From positions 1-39,017 of the forward strand of contig CABMCB010000051.1 of the NCBI GenBank assembly GCA_902384455.1: 39,017 bases of DNA. Direction: 5' to 3'. This document shows, piece after piece, positions 1 through 10,202 of the stretch (position 1 is the stretch's first letter; each line of letters opens with the position of its first letter). This DNA comes from an uncultured archaeon (GTDB taxonomy: Archaea > Altiarchaeota > Altiarchaeia > IMC4 > SCGC-AAA252-I15). The notes under the pieces are model-generated. The model saw only the letters and a program-made list of their open reading frames with translations. It did not search any database and had not been told where the DNA came from. Position numbers and translations under genes: made by a program.

Positions 1-3000
1 ATAAACCGCTACGCATACCTCAGAAACATATCCGCATTCCACTACTACCTAGACACAGACCCAACAAACACAAGCATAGAACGAATCCTGCCCACAAACG
101 TAAACGCCACAGTAAACCTGACCCTAATGCCGCTCACAAACCAAGCCGGACCCTGGAAAGCAACAATACGCTTGCCCAACACAATAACGCCAATAAGCGC
201 CACAAGCCAAAACAACACCGTAGACTGCCAAACAAACAGCACTCTACGCACAATAACATGCTTTGCGGCAACAGCACCCCCAGCCAGAACAACAATACCC
301 CTAGCCGTAAAAATAATCGCAACAAGACCAGACATATACGCAATACCAATAAACAAGACACTCGACGCCTGGCACACCATAACAGTCACAGAAACAGACG
401 GAGAAGACAGAACAAACGAAACCGTAGGAATAACCCTATCATTCCCATACGGCTCGGCAATAAACACCTCCCTACACCTAACCGACGAAGAAGGAAACCT
501 AATACCATTCGCCGCATGGAACCAAACAACACAAGACGACTACCTAACAACCGCCGACATAATATTCCCCGCAACAGTAAACGCCCTAACAAACGCCACA
601 TACTACCTGCTATACGGAAACTACAACGACAGCGAACAACAAACACCATACCCAACCGCAACAACACCAACAACAAACCTAACCACAACAGAAACAAACG
701 CAACAAAACCACCCACAGCAATAAGACTAGACAGATACGAACCAGGCCTATTCATCAAAGTAATACCCACAACAGAAAAAAACATAAGCCAAAACGTAAG
801 CATACCACAACCCAACCCCATATTCGGACCCAACTTCTTCATAGTCCGAGAAATGCCGCCTCAAATAAACCAACAAAACAACTGCACCCTCGCCGACCCA
901 TGGAACACATGCGCATACACCTCAGTAAAACTCATAGCATTCAACCGCGGAATACAAAACGCATCATACGTAGACCTCCTAGAACGAAGTTTACTGCCCT
1001 GCGACACACAAGACTGCCGCCCAACAAGCTACCGCTGCGTTGCCGACCCAGAATACTACTGCACCGAATGCGGCAGACAAATAACATACGCGGGGCTGAC
1101 AAACAGAAGCCTAATACAAGGCTCGACAGCAGACATAAGCGTCCTAATAACCCCCGCGGAAGCGGTCAACCGCACAGTAATGGAAGTCCACAAAAGCAAC
1201 GGCTGGACCACAATACAGCCGACAGCCACATACGCCCAATCAGGAGGCATAAGATTCAACTTCACATACACCATAGGACTATCCGGAGAACACGTATACC
1301 GGATAAAGACTACCGACTCAACAGGAATAACGCACCGCTCCCCCACATACACCCTAGTACAAACAGCAAGCAGCACAGACCCAAACGCCCCGATAGTAAA
1401 CGGCCTATCGCTTGAATACCACCCATACAGCCGCACTTTCAACGTCTCCGTAAACGTCACAGACCCAGACAACAACCTGCTGAGCGTAGTACTGGAAGTG
1501 TTCGACCCGGTAAGCTCGCGCAGCACAATATACGATTTATCCGAAAGAACAACGCTCGGAACATTATCTTCTATATCACAAGCCCTCTTCGGAGGCTCCC
1601 TGCAAGCCGTATACGAAGAGAGTGATATCCCCGCAACGACCGCGGGAGCGTACATGTTCAGGATAATAGCCGAAGACTCGGCAGCAAACATCGTATACAG
1701 CGGATTCCTCCAAGCAGACACGTCATGCACTCTAGAAGACCAAGAAGCAAGCCGCCTAATATTCACCCTGAAAGGCCCTGTAAGACCCCGCGACTTCAGG
1801 ATGCTCCACTATGAGCTGCTGCCTACACGCAACCTGACGCTCTACCCGCCAGTCAACACGACATACGCGCACAACGCCACAATCTACTTCTCCGGAGACA
1901 ACACGACCCTGCAATGGGACATTCAACCTGGATTCCACTACCCCACCGTAAACGGAAGCCGCTACCACGCAGGCGAAGAAGACCCCATAGTCAACCCCCC
2001 AGATTCGCTAAACATCACGCTCGCAAACAAGACCGCAGTAAACTACGACTTCGACGCAAACCCCTCAACAACCAAAGAAGACCGGCGATTCAACGCCCAG
2101 ACAAACACGACCATAAAACTCACAATACACCCACTCACAGGAGACCTAAACACCGGACCATGGAACGCAACAATCAAACTACCCACGTCATGGCTAGCAT
2201 ACAACTGCACAGTACCCGAAAACTACACCCTAACATGCAGCATAAACAACACCCTGCACACAATAAACCTCCAAGGAAGCCTAACGCCAACATCAATGAG
2301 CCCCTTCGACATACAATTCACAACAGAAGCCCAAACAGACGACGTATTCCTAATCCCAATAAACAAAACCCTCGAAAACCTCACCGAACACTACAACCCC
2401 GGAATATTCGCCACAACACTCGCAGTAGAACCCAAAAACATAACCCAAAACGTCACCCGCAACATAACAATCATACAACCACAACCAATATTCGGACCCC
2501 ACATACTCCACATAAGAGAATCACCCCCACAAGCAGGTCAACTCCCAACATGCAACATAACCGACCCATGGGGAACATGCGCAACAACACCCGCCCGCAT
2601 ATACCTCTACAACAGAGGAATCTACAACGCCACACTAATAGAAACAGAAGAATACGCGCAAACATCCTGCAACACAACAAACACCTGCGACGTACTCTCA
2701 TACCGCTGCATACAAAAACCCACATACTACTGCGTAGAATGCACACAACCACTACAAATCCAAAACCTAACCGACCTAAACCTAAACCCCGGAGACGCAT
2801 ACGTAATAAACCCACTCATAACACCCACAAACCACATCTCCAACACAACAACACCCGTACTAGAAGTATACCACGACGGAACCTGGACGACAATACAACC
2901 AACAACAATAACAAACGAAACAACAAACCAAACAAACGGCCTAAGATACACATACCCCTACACAGTAGCCACAAGCACAGAAAACCTCTACCGAATACGC

Positions 3001-5097
3001 GTCAACGACACACACGGCCTAACAACCACAAGCGAAATACACCACCTACGCGAACCAACCCAAATAAACGGCACAAACTCCCCCATAATCGAAAACGTCT
3101 CACTCGAATACAGCGCATTCAACAGAACAGCACGACTACTAGCAGACATATACGACCCAAACGACAACGTAAACGCAGTATTCGCAGACATCATCGGACC
3201 AAACAACACCATAATAAACACATACACCCTCACACAAAGACCCGAACCAACATTCATACTAAGAATACTAAGCCTCATATTCGGACCAACAATACTATCC
3301 ACCGGGCCAAACCCCTACGGAACAAGCCAAATACCAATGACCGAATACGGCCAATACTCCTACAGAGTAAGAGCCCAAGACCAAGACGGAAACAGAATCA
3401 TAACCCCATTCCAAAACGCAAACACCGGATGCACCCTACAAGAAAACGACACAATGCGCCTACACTACACACTAATATCCCCAATGAAACCGCGCCAATA
3501 CACCAACATAGAATACGAATGGATACCGCCCAAAAACGCCACCCTATACGAAACAAACACCACATACAAATTCAACGTCTCCTCCATATTCTCACCCCCA
3601 GACGCAATACTACTCGCACCAAAACCAACAAGCGGATACGACACATACTACAGCAACACAACAAGATACCTAGCACAAGAAGACGACGGCCAATTCAACC
3701 CGCCCGAAACAAAAATAATAACACTAACAAACACAACACCATACCAATACGACCTAGACACCAACCTATCAGAAACCGGAAGCCAAAGACAATTCCTCAC
3801 AAACATACCAACCACATTCCACCTAAGCCTAAAATCACAAACCGTAGTCGGAAACCAAGGCGCATGGGCCGCAACATTCTACCTGCCTCAAGCATGGATG
3901 ATATACAACTGCAGCTACGTATCCGGCCCCGAATGCACATGCACAGTCAACACATACCCCCCAACGCTCACCTGCTCAGGAGTATCAGGAATACCGCGCC
4001 TATCCACAATAAACCTGACATTCAACGCATCAGTACCACACGAATACCTATGGTCAATACCCTCAAACAAGACGCTTACAAACGGCCTAACTGAAGAATA
4101 CCTCCCAGGGCTTTTCGTCGTAAGCGAACTGTCGCAGCCCATAAACATAAGCATCCCCACAACAATCACCGTCACATCAACCATAGTCCAGCCGCAGCCG
4201 CAACCGGTGCCTTACCAGCAGCCGGTGACCACGCTAACATACACCACCACCACAGTCACAGTCCCAGAAAGAGGTGAAGGACCTAATGCCGGAACAACGC
4301 AGATTTCAGTCCACATAGAACCAGTAGACAGAGCAGTGACAGGCGAACAAGGAGCAAACATACCCTTCATCATAAACATAACAAACCTAGGAGACTACGC
4401 CGCAGACAACATAACAATAGAACCGGTAATCACGCCCGGATGGAACGCCACATCAGCAATGGTAACATCAATAGGGGCCCACGAAAGCCTACTGAGAACA
4501 GTCTTCGTAGTACCCCCCTACACGGCATCCGGAGTATACGTCGTGCCGGTAAGAGCCCTCCGCTTCGGCGACGTACTAGACATAGACTACGTCTGGGTGA
4601 CAGTGCTCGCAGCAGCCAACCGCTACCGCCTCAACATAGAAGAAGTACCACCCGCACTCGTAATCAAAGCAGGAGAAAAAGACGAAATACCACTACTACT
4701 ACGCAACATAGGATACCTAAACCTACGAGGAATAACAGCCAAAATAGAAAACGCAGAACCCTGCCTAAACTCATACAACTGGGACAAAATAGACATACTA
4801 CGACCCAAACAACTCATACCCGCAAGCATAACATTAAACGCCAAAGACCAATCAGTCACATGCGAAGCAACAATCATAGTGTCAACCAACGAAGACGCAT
4901 ACACCTACGCTCCAATAACCCTGACCGTATCGCCGCCTCCAGGACGCCTGCCGCAACTTGCACGCTCATACGGCGTATTCGTCCTAATGCTGCTGATACT
5001 GACCGCAATGATTGTAGTCAAAACAATAAACCAGCGGATAAAAAGCCTACGAAAAAAGATGGAGCAGCAGCAACGCAGGCCCCGCCCACGAGCCTAA
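1..5097 (+). CDS. Giant membrane-anchored repeat surface glycoprotein, 5'-truncated (>1698 aa): ~570-aa Cys-containing repeat units, a DUF2341-like insert, C-terminal NEW3/COG1470-like Ig domains, TM helix and basic tail
   Basis: Frame +1 is open from base 1 (INRYAYLRNISAFHYYLDTDP...), so ATG127 is internal. The motif G[PA]WxAT[IF]xLP occurs at 148, 2155 and 3859. DPWxTCA, NRGIxNA, SYRC and YYCxEC each occur twice. There are very many NxT/S sequons. The C-terminus has YGVFVLMLLILTAMIVV followed by a K/R-rich tail. Confidence 0.85.
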   Translation: MNRYAYLRNISAFHYYLDTDPTNTSIERILPTNVNATVNLTLMPLTNQAGPWKATIRLPNTITPISATSQNNTVDCQTNSTLRTITCFAATAPPARTTIPLAVKIIATRPDIYAIPINKTLDAWHTITVTETDGEDRTNETVGITLSFPYGSAINTSLHLTDEEGNLIPFAAWNQTTQDDYLTTADIIFPATVNALTNATYYLLYGNYNDSEQQTPYPTATTPTTNLTTTETNATKPPTAIRLDRYEPGLFIKVIPTTEKNISQNVSIPQPNPIFGPNFFIVREMPPQINQQNNCTLADPWNTCAYTSVKLIAFNRGIQNASYVDLLERSLLPCDTQDCRPTSYRCVADPEYYCTECGRQITYAGLTNRSLIQGSTADISVLITPAEAVNRTVMEVHKSNGWTTIQPTATYAQSGGIRFNFTYTIGLSGEHVYRIKTTDSTGITHRSPTYTLVQTASSTDPNAPIVNGLSLEYHPYSRTFNVSVNVTDPDNNLLSVVLEVFDPVSSRSTIYDLSERTTLGTLSSISQALFGGSLQAVYEESDIPATTAGAYMFRIIAEDSAANIVYSGFLQADTSCTLEDQEASRLIFTLKGPVRPRDFRMLHYELLPTRNLTLYPPVNTTYAHNATIYFSGDNTTLQWDIQPGFHYPTVNGSRYHAGEEDPIVNPPDSLNITLANKTAVNYDFDANPSTTKEDRRFNAQTNTTIKLTIHPLTGDLNTGPWNATIKLPTSWLAYNCTVPENYTLTCSINNTLHTINLQGSLTPTSMSPFDIQFTTEAQTDDVFLIPINKTLENLTEHYNPGIFATTLAVEPKNITQNVTRNITIIQPQPIFGPHILHIRESPPQAGQLPTCNITDPWGTCATTPARIYLYNRGIYNATLIETEEYAQTSCNTTNTCDVLSYRCIQKPTYYCVECTQPLQIQNLTDLNLNPGDAYVINPLITPTNHISNTTTPVLEVYHDGTWTTIQPTTITNETTNQTNGLRYTYPYTVATSTENLYRIRVNDTHGLTTTSEIHHLREPTQINGTNSPIIENVSLEYSAFNRTARLLADIYDPNDNVNAVFADIIGPNNTIINTYTLTQRPEPTFILRILSLIFGPTILSTGPNPYGTSQIPMTEYGQYSYRVRAQDQDGNRIITPFQNANTGCTLQENDTMRLHYTLISPMKPRQYTNIEYEWIPPKNATLYETNTTYKFNVSSIFSPPDAILLAPKPTSGYDTYYSNTTRYLAQEDDGQFNPPETKIITLTNTTPYQYDLDTNLSETGSQRQFLTNIPTTFHLSLKSQTVVGNQGAWAATFYLPQAWMIYNCSYVSGPECTCTVNTYPPTLTCSGVSGIPRLSTINLTFNASVPHEYLWSIPSNKTLTNGLTEEYLPGLFVVSELSQPINISIPTTITVTSTIVQPQPQPVPYQQPVTTLTYTTTTVTVPERGEGPNAGTTQISVHIEPVDRAVTGEQGANIPFIINITNLGDYAADNITIEPVITPGWNATSAMVTSIGAHESLLRTVFVVPPYTASGVYVVPVRALRFGDVLDIDYVWVTVLAAANRYRLNIEEVPPALVIKAGEKDEIPLLLRNIGYLNLRGITAKIENAEPCLNSYNWDKIDILRPKQLIPASITLNAKDQSVTCEATIIVSTNEDAYTYAPITLTVSPPPGRLPQLARSYGVFVLMLLILTAMIVVKTINQRIKSLRKKMEQQQRRPRPRA
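148..4120 (+). repeat. Protein-level internal repeats of the giant surface protein (two full units plus a partial third)
   Basis: The anchor motif recurs at 148, 2155 and 3859 (spacings of 2007 and 1704 nt). The flanking motifs IPxNKTL...YxPG[LI]F recur three times. Confidence 0.85.
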
Positions 5098-5100
5098 GAC

Positions 5101-5739
5101 TTACTCAGAACGAGGACTTTTACCGCCGTCACCTATCTCATCTGCAATCTCAACAAGCTGCTTCCTACGCGTAACCCCCTCCTCATACTCCTTCCACATG
5201 CGCGTCATATGCCCATAAACCCAGAAAACATCAACCGTCAACAAAAACACGCCCAAAAGCCCTCCCAAAACAAAAGGACTCACATTAACCCCCGTAAACT
5301 TAACCAACATCCTAACGTCACCCTCACCCCCCAACAAATAAACAACCGGCCCCAAAACGAAAGCCGACCCCGCAGTCGTAGCTAGAATAGAACTGAAAAC
5401 GCGGTTCTCATCAAGAAACCTGTCCGCAACCACAAAACAAAACGCGCCAAAAAAAAGCTCCGTCAACAACCCCGCGGAAAAAAAAGCCGCAGACTTAAGA
5501 ACCCCCAACTCACAGTAAGGCGTAATATAAGCCTGAACCCCACCAAAACCCCAAAAAAAAGAAAACGAAAACCTACACTTCAAGGCCTTCAAGACCAAAA
5601 TATGCGACAACTCATGGGTTAAGGGACCCAGCACCCAATAAACAGCCACAAAAACAAGGCTGCACAGAAACAGGACTTCCACCAGCCGGCGCGAAGAAAC
5701 AGAGCCGGCCTGCTCCATAACGTATTCTCGGGAGTACAC
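5101..5739 (-). CDS. Integral membrane protein with HExxH motif; putative M50-like zinc metallopeptidase
   Basis: HELSH follows the first TM helix, there are several more TM helices, and a downstream GEGD supplies a possible third ligand Asp. The gene is 1 nt downstream of the previous minus-strand gene. Confidence 0.6.
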   Translation of the reverse strand: MYSREYVMEQAGSVSSRRLVEVLFLCSLVFVAVYWVLGPLTHELSHILVLKALKCRFSFSFFWGFGGVQAYITPYCELGVLKSAAFFSAGLLTELFFGAFCFVVADRFLDENRVFSSILATTAGSAFVLGPVVYLLGGEGDVRMLVKFTGVNVSPFVLGGLLGVFLLTVDVFWVYGHMTRMWKEYEEGVTRRKQLVEIADEIGDGGKSPRSE

Positions 5740-5740
5740 A

Positions 5741-6778
5741 TCAACTCAACTCTGTAATGACGTGCTTCGCCATGTCGTAGAGGCCTGACAGGTTCTCTTC
5801 CACCTCCCTTACGTCGGCGTCGTCCGAGTAAGTTGCGTCGGCAATCCGGTTGAAGCATGTTATTACTGGCGCCTTAAGGTCCTCCTTGATGTTGAAGTCC
5901 CTGAGTTTGCGCGCCATCTCCTTGTACGTAAGCTCGTCCTTAATCCCGAACCTAATCTGCAGGAACTGCTTTAGGGTGTATGCGACGCTGTTTATGGCGT
6001 CCCTCTTGTTCCTCAGCTGGGACGAACGAGCAAGGTTCTCCAAAGAAAGCTTCTTGAGCTTATCCAAATCCAAACCCGCCTTGCCTGGGGCGGCGCCATG
6101 GCGGTTCATCGCCTTGAAAATAACCCTCTCCAAAAGCCCCAATTCAGCCTCATTCAACCCTGAATCCGGCCCTCCTTCAGTTTCCCCGTCCAACTGATCC
6201 CTAAACTCCTTCCTAAGGTCTAGAAGCTTTATCTCAGTGTGGCTTTCCTTACGCGGCGCCTCCTCCTCATCTTCAACAATAACAGTCTGCCCTTCGTCGG
6301 AAGAAGCCACAGACCTCCTGCTTTCAACATGATCCTTAATCTTCTTGACGTCAACAACACCCTCCAAACCGACCTGGATGCTCACAAACCCGCCAGGAGG
6401 GCCGCGAATCCTAAGCAAACCGCCGCGCTCAACAATCTCGACCGAACCAGTCGGAATCTCAATCTCCTTAGCCTCAATGATAATGCCGGTTTTTCCGCCC
6501 TCCTCCAAAACCTTAATGTCACCCAAAAGATTACCAGTCTGACCACCAGACACAGCCGCCTTCTTACCTCCGCCCGAAGAGGAAGCATGAACTGCCTCCT
6601 TAACCTCATCCAGACGCTCCTCCTTCTCCCCTGCGTCATCCCCGCTATCCTGCTTAGACGGCGAATCCTTATGCGCAGCGCCTGCACCCTTCTTACCGCC
6701 AGAATGAACATCCCTGCCCCCATCTGAAGCAGACGCCTTAGCCTTTTTCCAGGAAGACAACCCTATGTCGTAGGCCAT
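5741..6778 (-). CDS. Hypothetical cytoplasmic protein with charged low-complexity N-terminus and C-terminal helical domain resembling the DUF4381/DUF4129-type domain of MoxR/Bat operons
   Basis: 345-aa ORF in operon position. The C-terminal region reads LKQFLQIRFGIKDELTYKEMARKL...FNRIADATYS. Confidence 0.6.
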   Translation of the reverse strand: MAYDIGLSSWKKAKASASDGGRDVHSGGKKGAGAAHKDSPSKQDSGDDAGEKEERLDEVKEAVHASSSGGGKKAAVSGGQTGNLLGDIKVLEEGGKTGIIIEAKEIEIPTGSVEIVERGGLLRIRGPPGGFVSIQVGLEGVVDVKKIKDHVESRRSVASSDEGQTVIVEDEEEAPRKESHTEIKLLDLRKEFRDQLDGETEGGPDSGLNEAELGLLERVIFKAMNRHGAAPGKAGLDLDKLKKLSLENLARSSQLRNKRDAINSVAYTLKQFLQIRFGIKDELTYKEMARKLRDFNIKEDLKAPVITCFNRIADATYSDDADVREVEENLSGLYDMAKHVITELS

Positions 6779-6842
6779 AAAACCAAATGGGGGACGTAAG
6801 TCCGCAACCTATTAATCAATGTCCCCAAAACCCTAAAAAACC

Positions 6843-7604
6843 CTACCTGGACAAAAAGTCCCTTATGCGGTCCTTCATGCTGATTTCAAAATCAACATCC
6901 TTCGAAAGAAGCCCGCTTGAAACCTGCTTCATCTGCTTGCTCACAATCGAATGAGGATACCGCCAAACAACAGGCCTCTTAGTCTCAACCGACTTGCGAA
7001 TACGATGATCCTCCCGAATCATACCCACGATAGGCAAATCCAAGAATATTGAAACGTTCTCCGCCTTCACCTCATCCTCACCCTGAACACGATTCAAGAC
7101 AACGCCCGCAAACTTCTTACCCCTCTTCTGAAACACAACCTTAGTCCTCAACGCGTCAGCCAAAGCCGGAAGCTCAGGATGAGTCACAATAAGAATCTCA
7201 TCAGCAGAATCAACCGCAGCAAAAGTATCCTCCCCCAAACCAGTAGGAGAATCAATCAAAATGAAATCCCGCTCATACAAAGTATGCTCCAACATCTCCC
7301 TCAAATTACGAGGAACAACATCAGCATACTGAGCATTCAACGAACCCGGAATAACCTCAAGACCAGTAGGATGCGTATAAATAGCGTCAGACAAAGGAGC
7401 CTCACCCTTCAAAACATTATGAATACTCACCTGAGGCGCAGTAAGGCCAAAATGAAGCCCGAGATTGGCGCCGGTAATGTCGGCGTCCACCATCGTCACC
7501 TTCTGTCCCTCATTGATAAGGGAGGCGCCCAAATTAGACACAACAGTAGTCTTACCAACGCCGCCCTTTCCCGAAACAATAGCTATTACGCGGGTCATAA
7601 TCAA
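6843..7604 (-). CDS. minD: MinD-family ATPase
   Basis: Deviant Walker A SGKGGVGKTT, VDAD, GLEVIPG, FILIDSP, GVVLNRV, and an amphipathic C-terminus MKDRIRDFLSR. Confidence 0.92.
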   Translation of the reverse strand: MIMTRVIAIVSGKGGVGKTTVVSNLGASLINEGQKVTMVDADITGANLGLHFGLTAPQVSIHNVLKGEAPLSDAIYTHPTGLEVIPGSLNAQYADVVPRNLREMLEHTLYERDFILIDSPTGLGEDTFAAVDSADEILIVTHPELPALADALRTKVVFQKRGKKFAGVVLNRVQGEDEVKAENVSIFLDLPIVGMIREDHRIRKSVETKRPVVWRYPHSIVSKQMKQVSSGLLSKDVDFEISMKDRIRDFLSR

Positions 7605-7614
7605 ACCTTGCTTA

Positions 7615-10200
7615 TCACTCTATGTTCCTCTTAATGCGCTTAATTACTGAGGCTCTCGTGCCTATTAAACCATCACTATTACCCTCCCCAAAACCCGACC
7701 TACTCGAAGGCCGAATCACACCCCCAAAAGAAGGCCGCCTTCCACCGCCGAAATCGGATTTAGGCGGCCCCTTTTTCCACCCCCCATGGACAGGTTTAGT
7801 GATTATGAGCGCTAAAAGCCCTACGATGACAAACAGCAGGAAGACGTATGTTGCCGCTTCAACGCTTACTGAAGGCATTTTGATGCTGGTGGCGAATCCG
7901 GTGCCTCCAGGCACGTTTTCTTCGTCTAAGGCAGCTTCGTCGGTTCCATTGCTTACTACGTTCTTATTTATGTTCTCCAGCTTGAAGCTGAAGCTGTGCG
8001 GATTCTCGTATTCGCCGGACTTCACGTTAAGCGTGACCAACATATAATCCTTGCATATGCCGCCACTGCAAACGTCCTCAGTGGGAGTAACCTCCATAAT
8101 AATGTCCCTCTTCTCGTCCACGCTAAACCGAGTTAAAGACGGCGGAGAAAACTGATAAAGCTGACTGGGGAAATCCTGCAGGTTAATGTAAACCGGGTCC
8201 GTAAAGTTCACCTGACCGCTGTTGTACAAAGTGAAAGTCACACGGTTAGTCTTGTTGAAAGTGATTGGAACGATGTCCGGCAGACCCAAAACAGTAAGTT
8301 CCTGCTTACGGTTGATACTAAGCAAAGTCGTATAATTAGTCTCCTGATACGGAGACTTGGACGCAGTAAGCACCAACTCACTCTGCCCCTCCCGCTTAGG
8401 CGCATTAACCTGCACCTCAAACCTACCCCCAGACGCAGTAAGAACATTATAAACGTCAGACTCACCACTGAAACGAGCAGTCACAGAAACACCATCAATA
8501 TAATTGCCATCAGTATTCTGAACGCGGCCTCTTAGGAATATGGGGTCTCCGATGTTGTACGTCTTGTCCGTGAAATCCAAGTTCTTTATCGTGAGCCCAA
8601 GCGTTTCGCCGATTAAGAACGTCGCAGACTGATTGAAGACGAAATGAACCACGTTCCTTATAGTGTTAACCTCCGACTCTACGCGAGTCCACTCACTCGA
8701 ACAGGAACTGGTCTTGAAATTCCAGCTGTCACACATGAAGACGCTCAACCCGCTTTCAGGACCTTTCACAACCATGTCATCATACTTCACCTCCGACTCA
8801 GCGGCCTGGAACGGAAAACCAAACTCAAAAACCGCAAGCTCCACAAGCCGAATACCATCAGGAGGCGCCTGTATTGTATGGCGGCCGTCGTAGTGTATTA
8901 CGTCGCTTACGCCGCTTGTCAGGTCGCTGTTTGATATGTTGACGTTGTAGAAAGTCACTATAGCGCCCGTTGAGAATTGGAGTGTGACGTCGTATGTGGA
9001 CGGGAGCAAGTCTATGTTGTAGTTTCCTATGCCGTCGGTGTTAGTCTCTATGGTGTCGCCAGTTGTTTTGTCGTTGAAGGTGAGCGTTGTCTGAATGGGG
9101 TTCCCCTGAGCCGACATTATTGTTCCGGAGAAATGAAGCACTGACGTTACTGTGACGGAATCCTGGTCCTTGTAGTCGTAGGCGGTCAGGCGCGGAGTCG
9201 CAACCGTCAAAAACAGGTCGTAAGAGCCGGCATTGAAGGTGCTAGGTATAAGGACGGTGACCTGGCAAATCTTGTTGAGGTCGTTGCAGGTGACCTGCTT
9301 TATTGAGACCACCTTGCCCGGCAGGTACTCCCCCATTATAACAGACTCAAAATTGGTGTCTGCTCTAAGGTCGCCTATAGTGCCGGCGTAGTATTCGACG
9401 CTGACATTCAAAACCGCTTCGCAGGGCTTGTTGGCAGGGCAAACTATGGCGTCGTTAAGTATCTTGATTTTAAGCGGCCCGTTGACTTTCACATAATCCG
9501 TTATGTCTTGGCTTACGCTCTCTCCTTGCGCGCCTGCCTTCAGTTCAAGGTCGTATGTGCCTTCTTTGATGTTTCTGCTGCTTTCAGGTATGTCAACTGT
9601 TATGCGCTGCTTGTTTCCGTCTACTATAATCGGCGGAGCAGGTTGGTTCAGCCGGTAGTCGTTAAGATACACGCTGAAAGTATCTTGGGTAGGCGTGACA
9701 ATCTGGCCATCCAGCTTGAATGCAACGTCAATAGTTATTTGGCCGCCGAGATATGTTTCAATGTTGTTTTTGTCGCGTATTATGGATAGGCTGAGGCGGC
9801 GTGCTGGAGTGTCTTGCTGGGCTGAAGCCGTCATGCTGAGGTAGTTGCAGACTGCTTTGATTGTGTAGAATCCGGTCTGTGAGAAAATGGGGGGTAACGA
9901 GTAGCGGTAGAAGCCGCTTCCTGTGTCGTAAGAAAGGAAGGGGGATGTTACGGGGGAGCTGGTGCCGGGGGCGTATATCTCTGCGTACATGACTGCCCCG
10001 TCAACGTACAATGTTGTTGTGGTGTTTGTGTATTTGCAGCGGGCCTTTATCTCTATTGTGTCTGATTTTTGGAGCCAGAATATGTTTGGCGTTATTGTTA
10101 GGTCTGTTACGGATAATGTGTCTGCTTTTACTGCGGGAATAATCAGCCCTATCATTATCGCCGCCGCAATCATGTTTCTCAGGGCTGTTTTTTTGTTCAT
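7615..10200 (-). CDS. Large secreted, C-terminally membrane-anchored multi-Ig-like protein with carboxypeptidase-regulatory-like (transthyretin-fold) repeats
   Basis: The likely start is ATG at 10200, 2 nt after the upstream minD stop. It has a signal peptide MNKKTALRNMIAAAIMIGLIIPAVKA, the motifs TDGIGNYNIDLLPSTYDVTL and TASGGRFEVQV, a TM helix YVFLLFVIVGLLALIIT and a Gly/Arg-rich tail. Confidence 0.8.
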   Translation of the reverse strand: MNKKTALRNMIAAAIMIGLIIPAVKADTLSVTDLTITPNIFWLQKSDTIEIKARCKYTNTTTTLYVDGAVMYAEIYAPGTSSPVTSPFLSYDTGSGFYRYSLPPIFSQTGFYTIKAVCNYLSMTASAQQDTPARRLSLSIIRDKNNIETYLGGQITIDVAFKLDGQIVTPTQDTFSVYLNDYRLNQPAPPIIVDGNKQRITVDIPESSRNIKEGTYDLELKAGAQGESVSQDITDYVKVNGPLKIKILNDAIVCPANKPCEAVLNVSVEYYAGTIGDLRADTNFESVIMGEYLPGKVVSIKQVTCNDLNKICQVTVLIPSTFNAGSYDLFLTVATPRLTAYDYKDQDSVTVTSVLHFSGTIMSAQGNPIQTTLTFNDKTTGDTIETNTDGIGNYNIDLLPSTYDVTLQFSTGAIVTFYNVNISNSDLTSGVSDVIHYDGRHTIQAPPDGIRLVELAVFEFGFPFQAAESEVKYDDMVVKGPESGLSVFMCDSWNFKTSSCSSEWTRVESEVNTIRNVVHFVFNQSATFLIGETLGLTIKNLDFTDKTYNIGDPIFLRGRVQNTDGNYIDGVSVTARFSGESDVYNVLTASGGRFEVQVNAPKREGQSELVLTASKSPYQETNYTTLLSINRKQELTVLGLPDIVPITFNKTNRVTFTLYNSGQVNFTDPVYINLQDFPSQLYQFSPPSLTRFSVDEKRDIIMEVTPTEDVCSGGICKDYMLVTLNVKSGEYENPHSFSFKLENINKNVVSNGTDEAALDEENVPGGTGFATSIKMPSVSVEAATYVFLLFVIVGLLALIITKPVHGGWKKGPPKSDFGGGRRPSFGGVIRPSSRSGFGEGNSDGLIGTRASVIKRIKRNIE

Positions 10201-10202
10201 GG

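Noticed and set aside
258-5174. Long alternative-frame ORFs (258-1415, 1914-4094, 4440-5174; similarly 18618-19328 and 35869-36660) as overlapping genes
   Set aside because: They are R/H/N/K/T-rich shadows of T-poor, A/C-rich coding sequence, where stop codons are rare in the other frames. They show no protein-like motifs.
8610-8800. GPS/GAIN-like autoproteolysis motif in the 861-aa protein (CDSWNF...C...W...NVVHFVFNQSATF)
   Set aside because: The resemblance is superficial, and the catalytic H-[LF]-[ST] triad is absent at the expected position.
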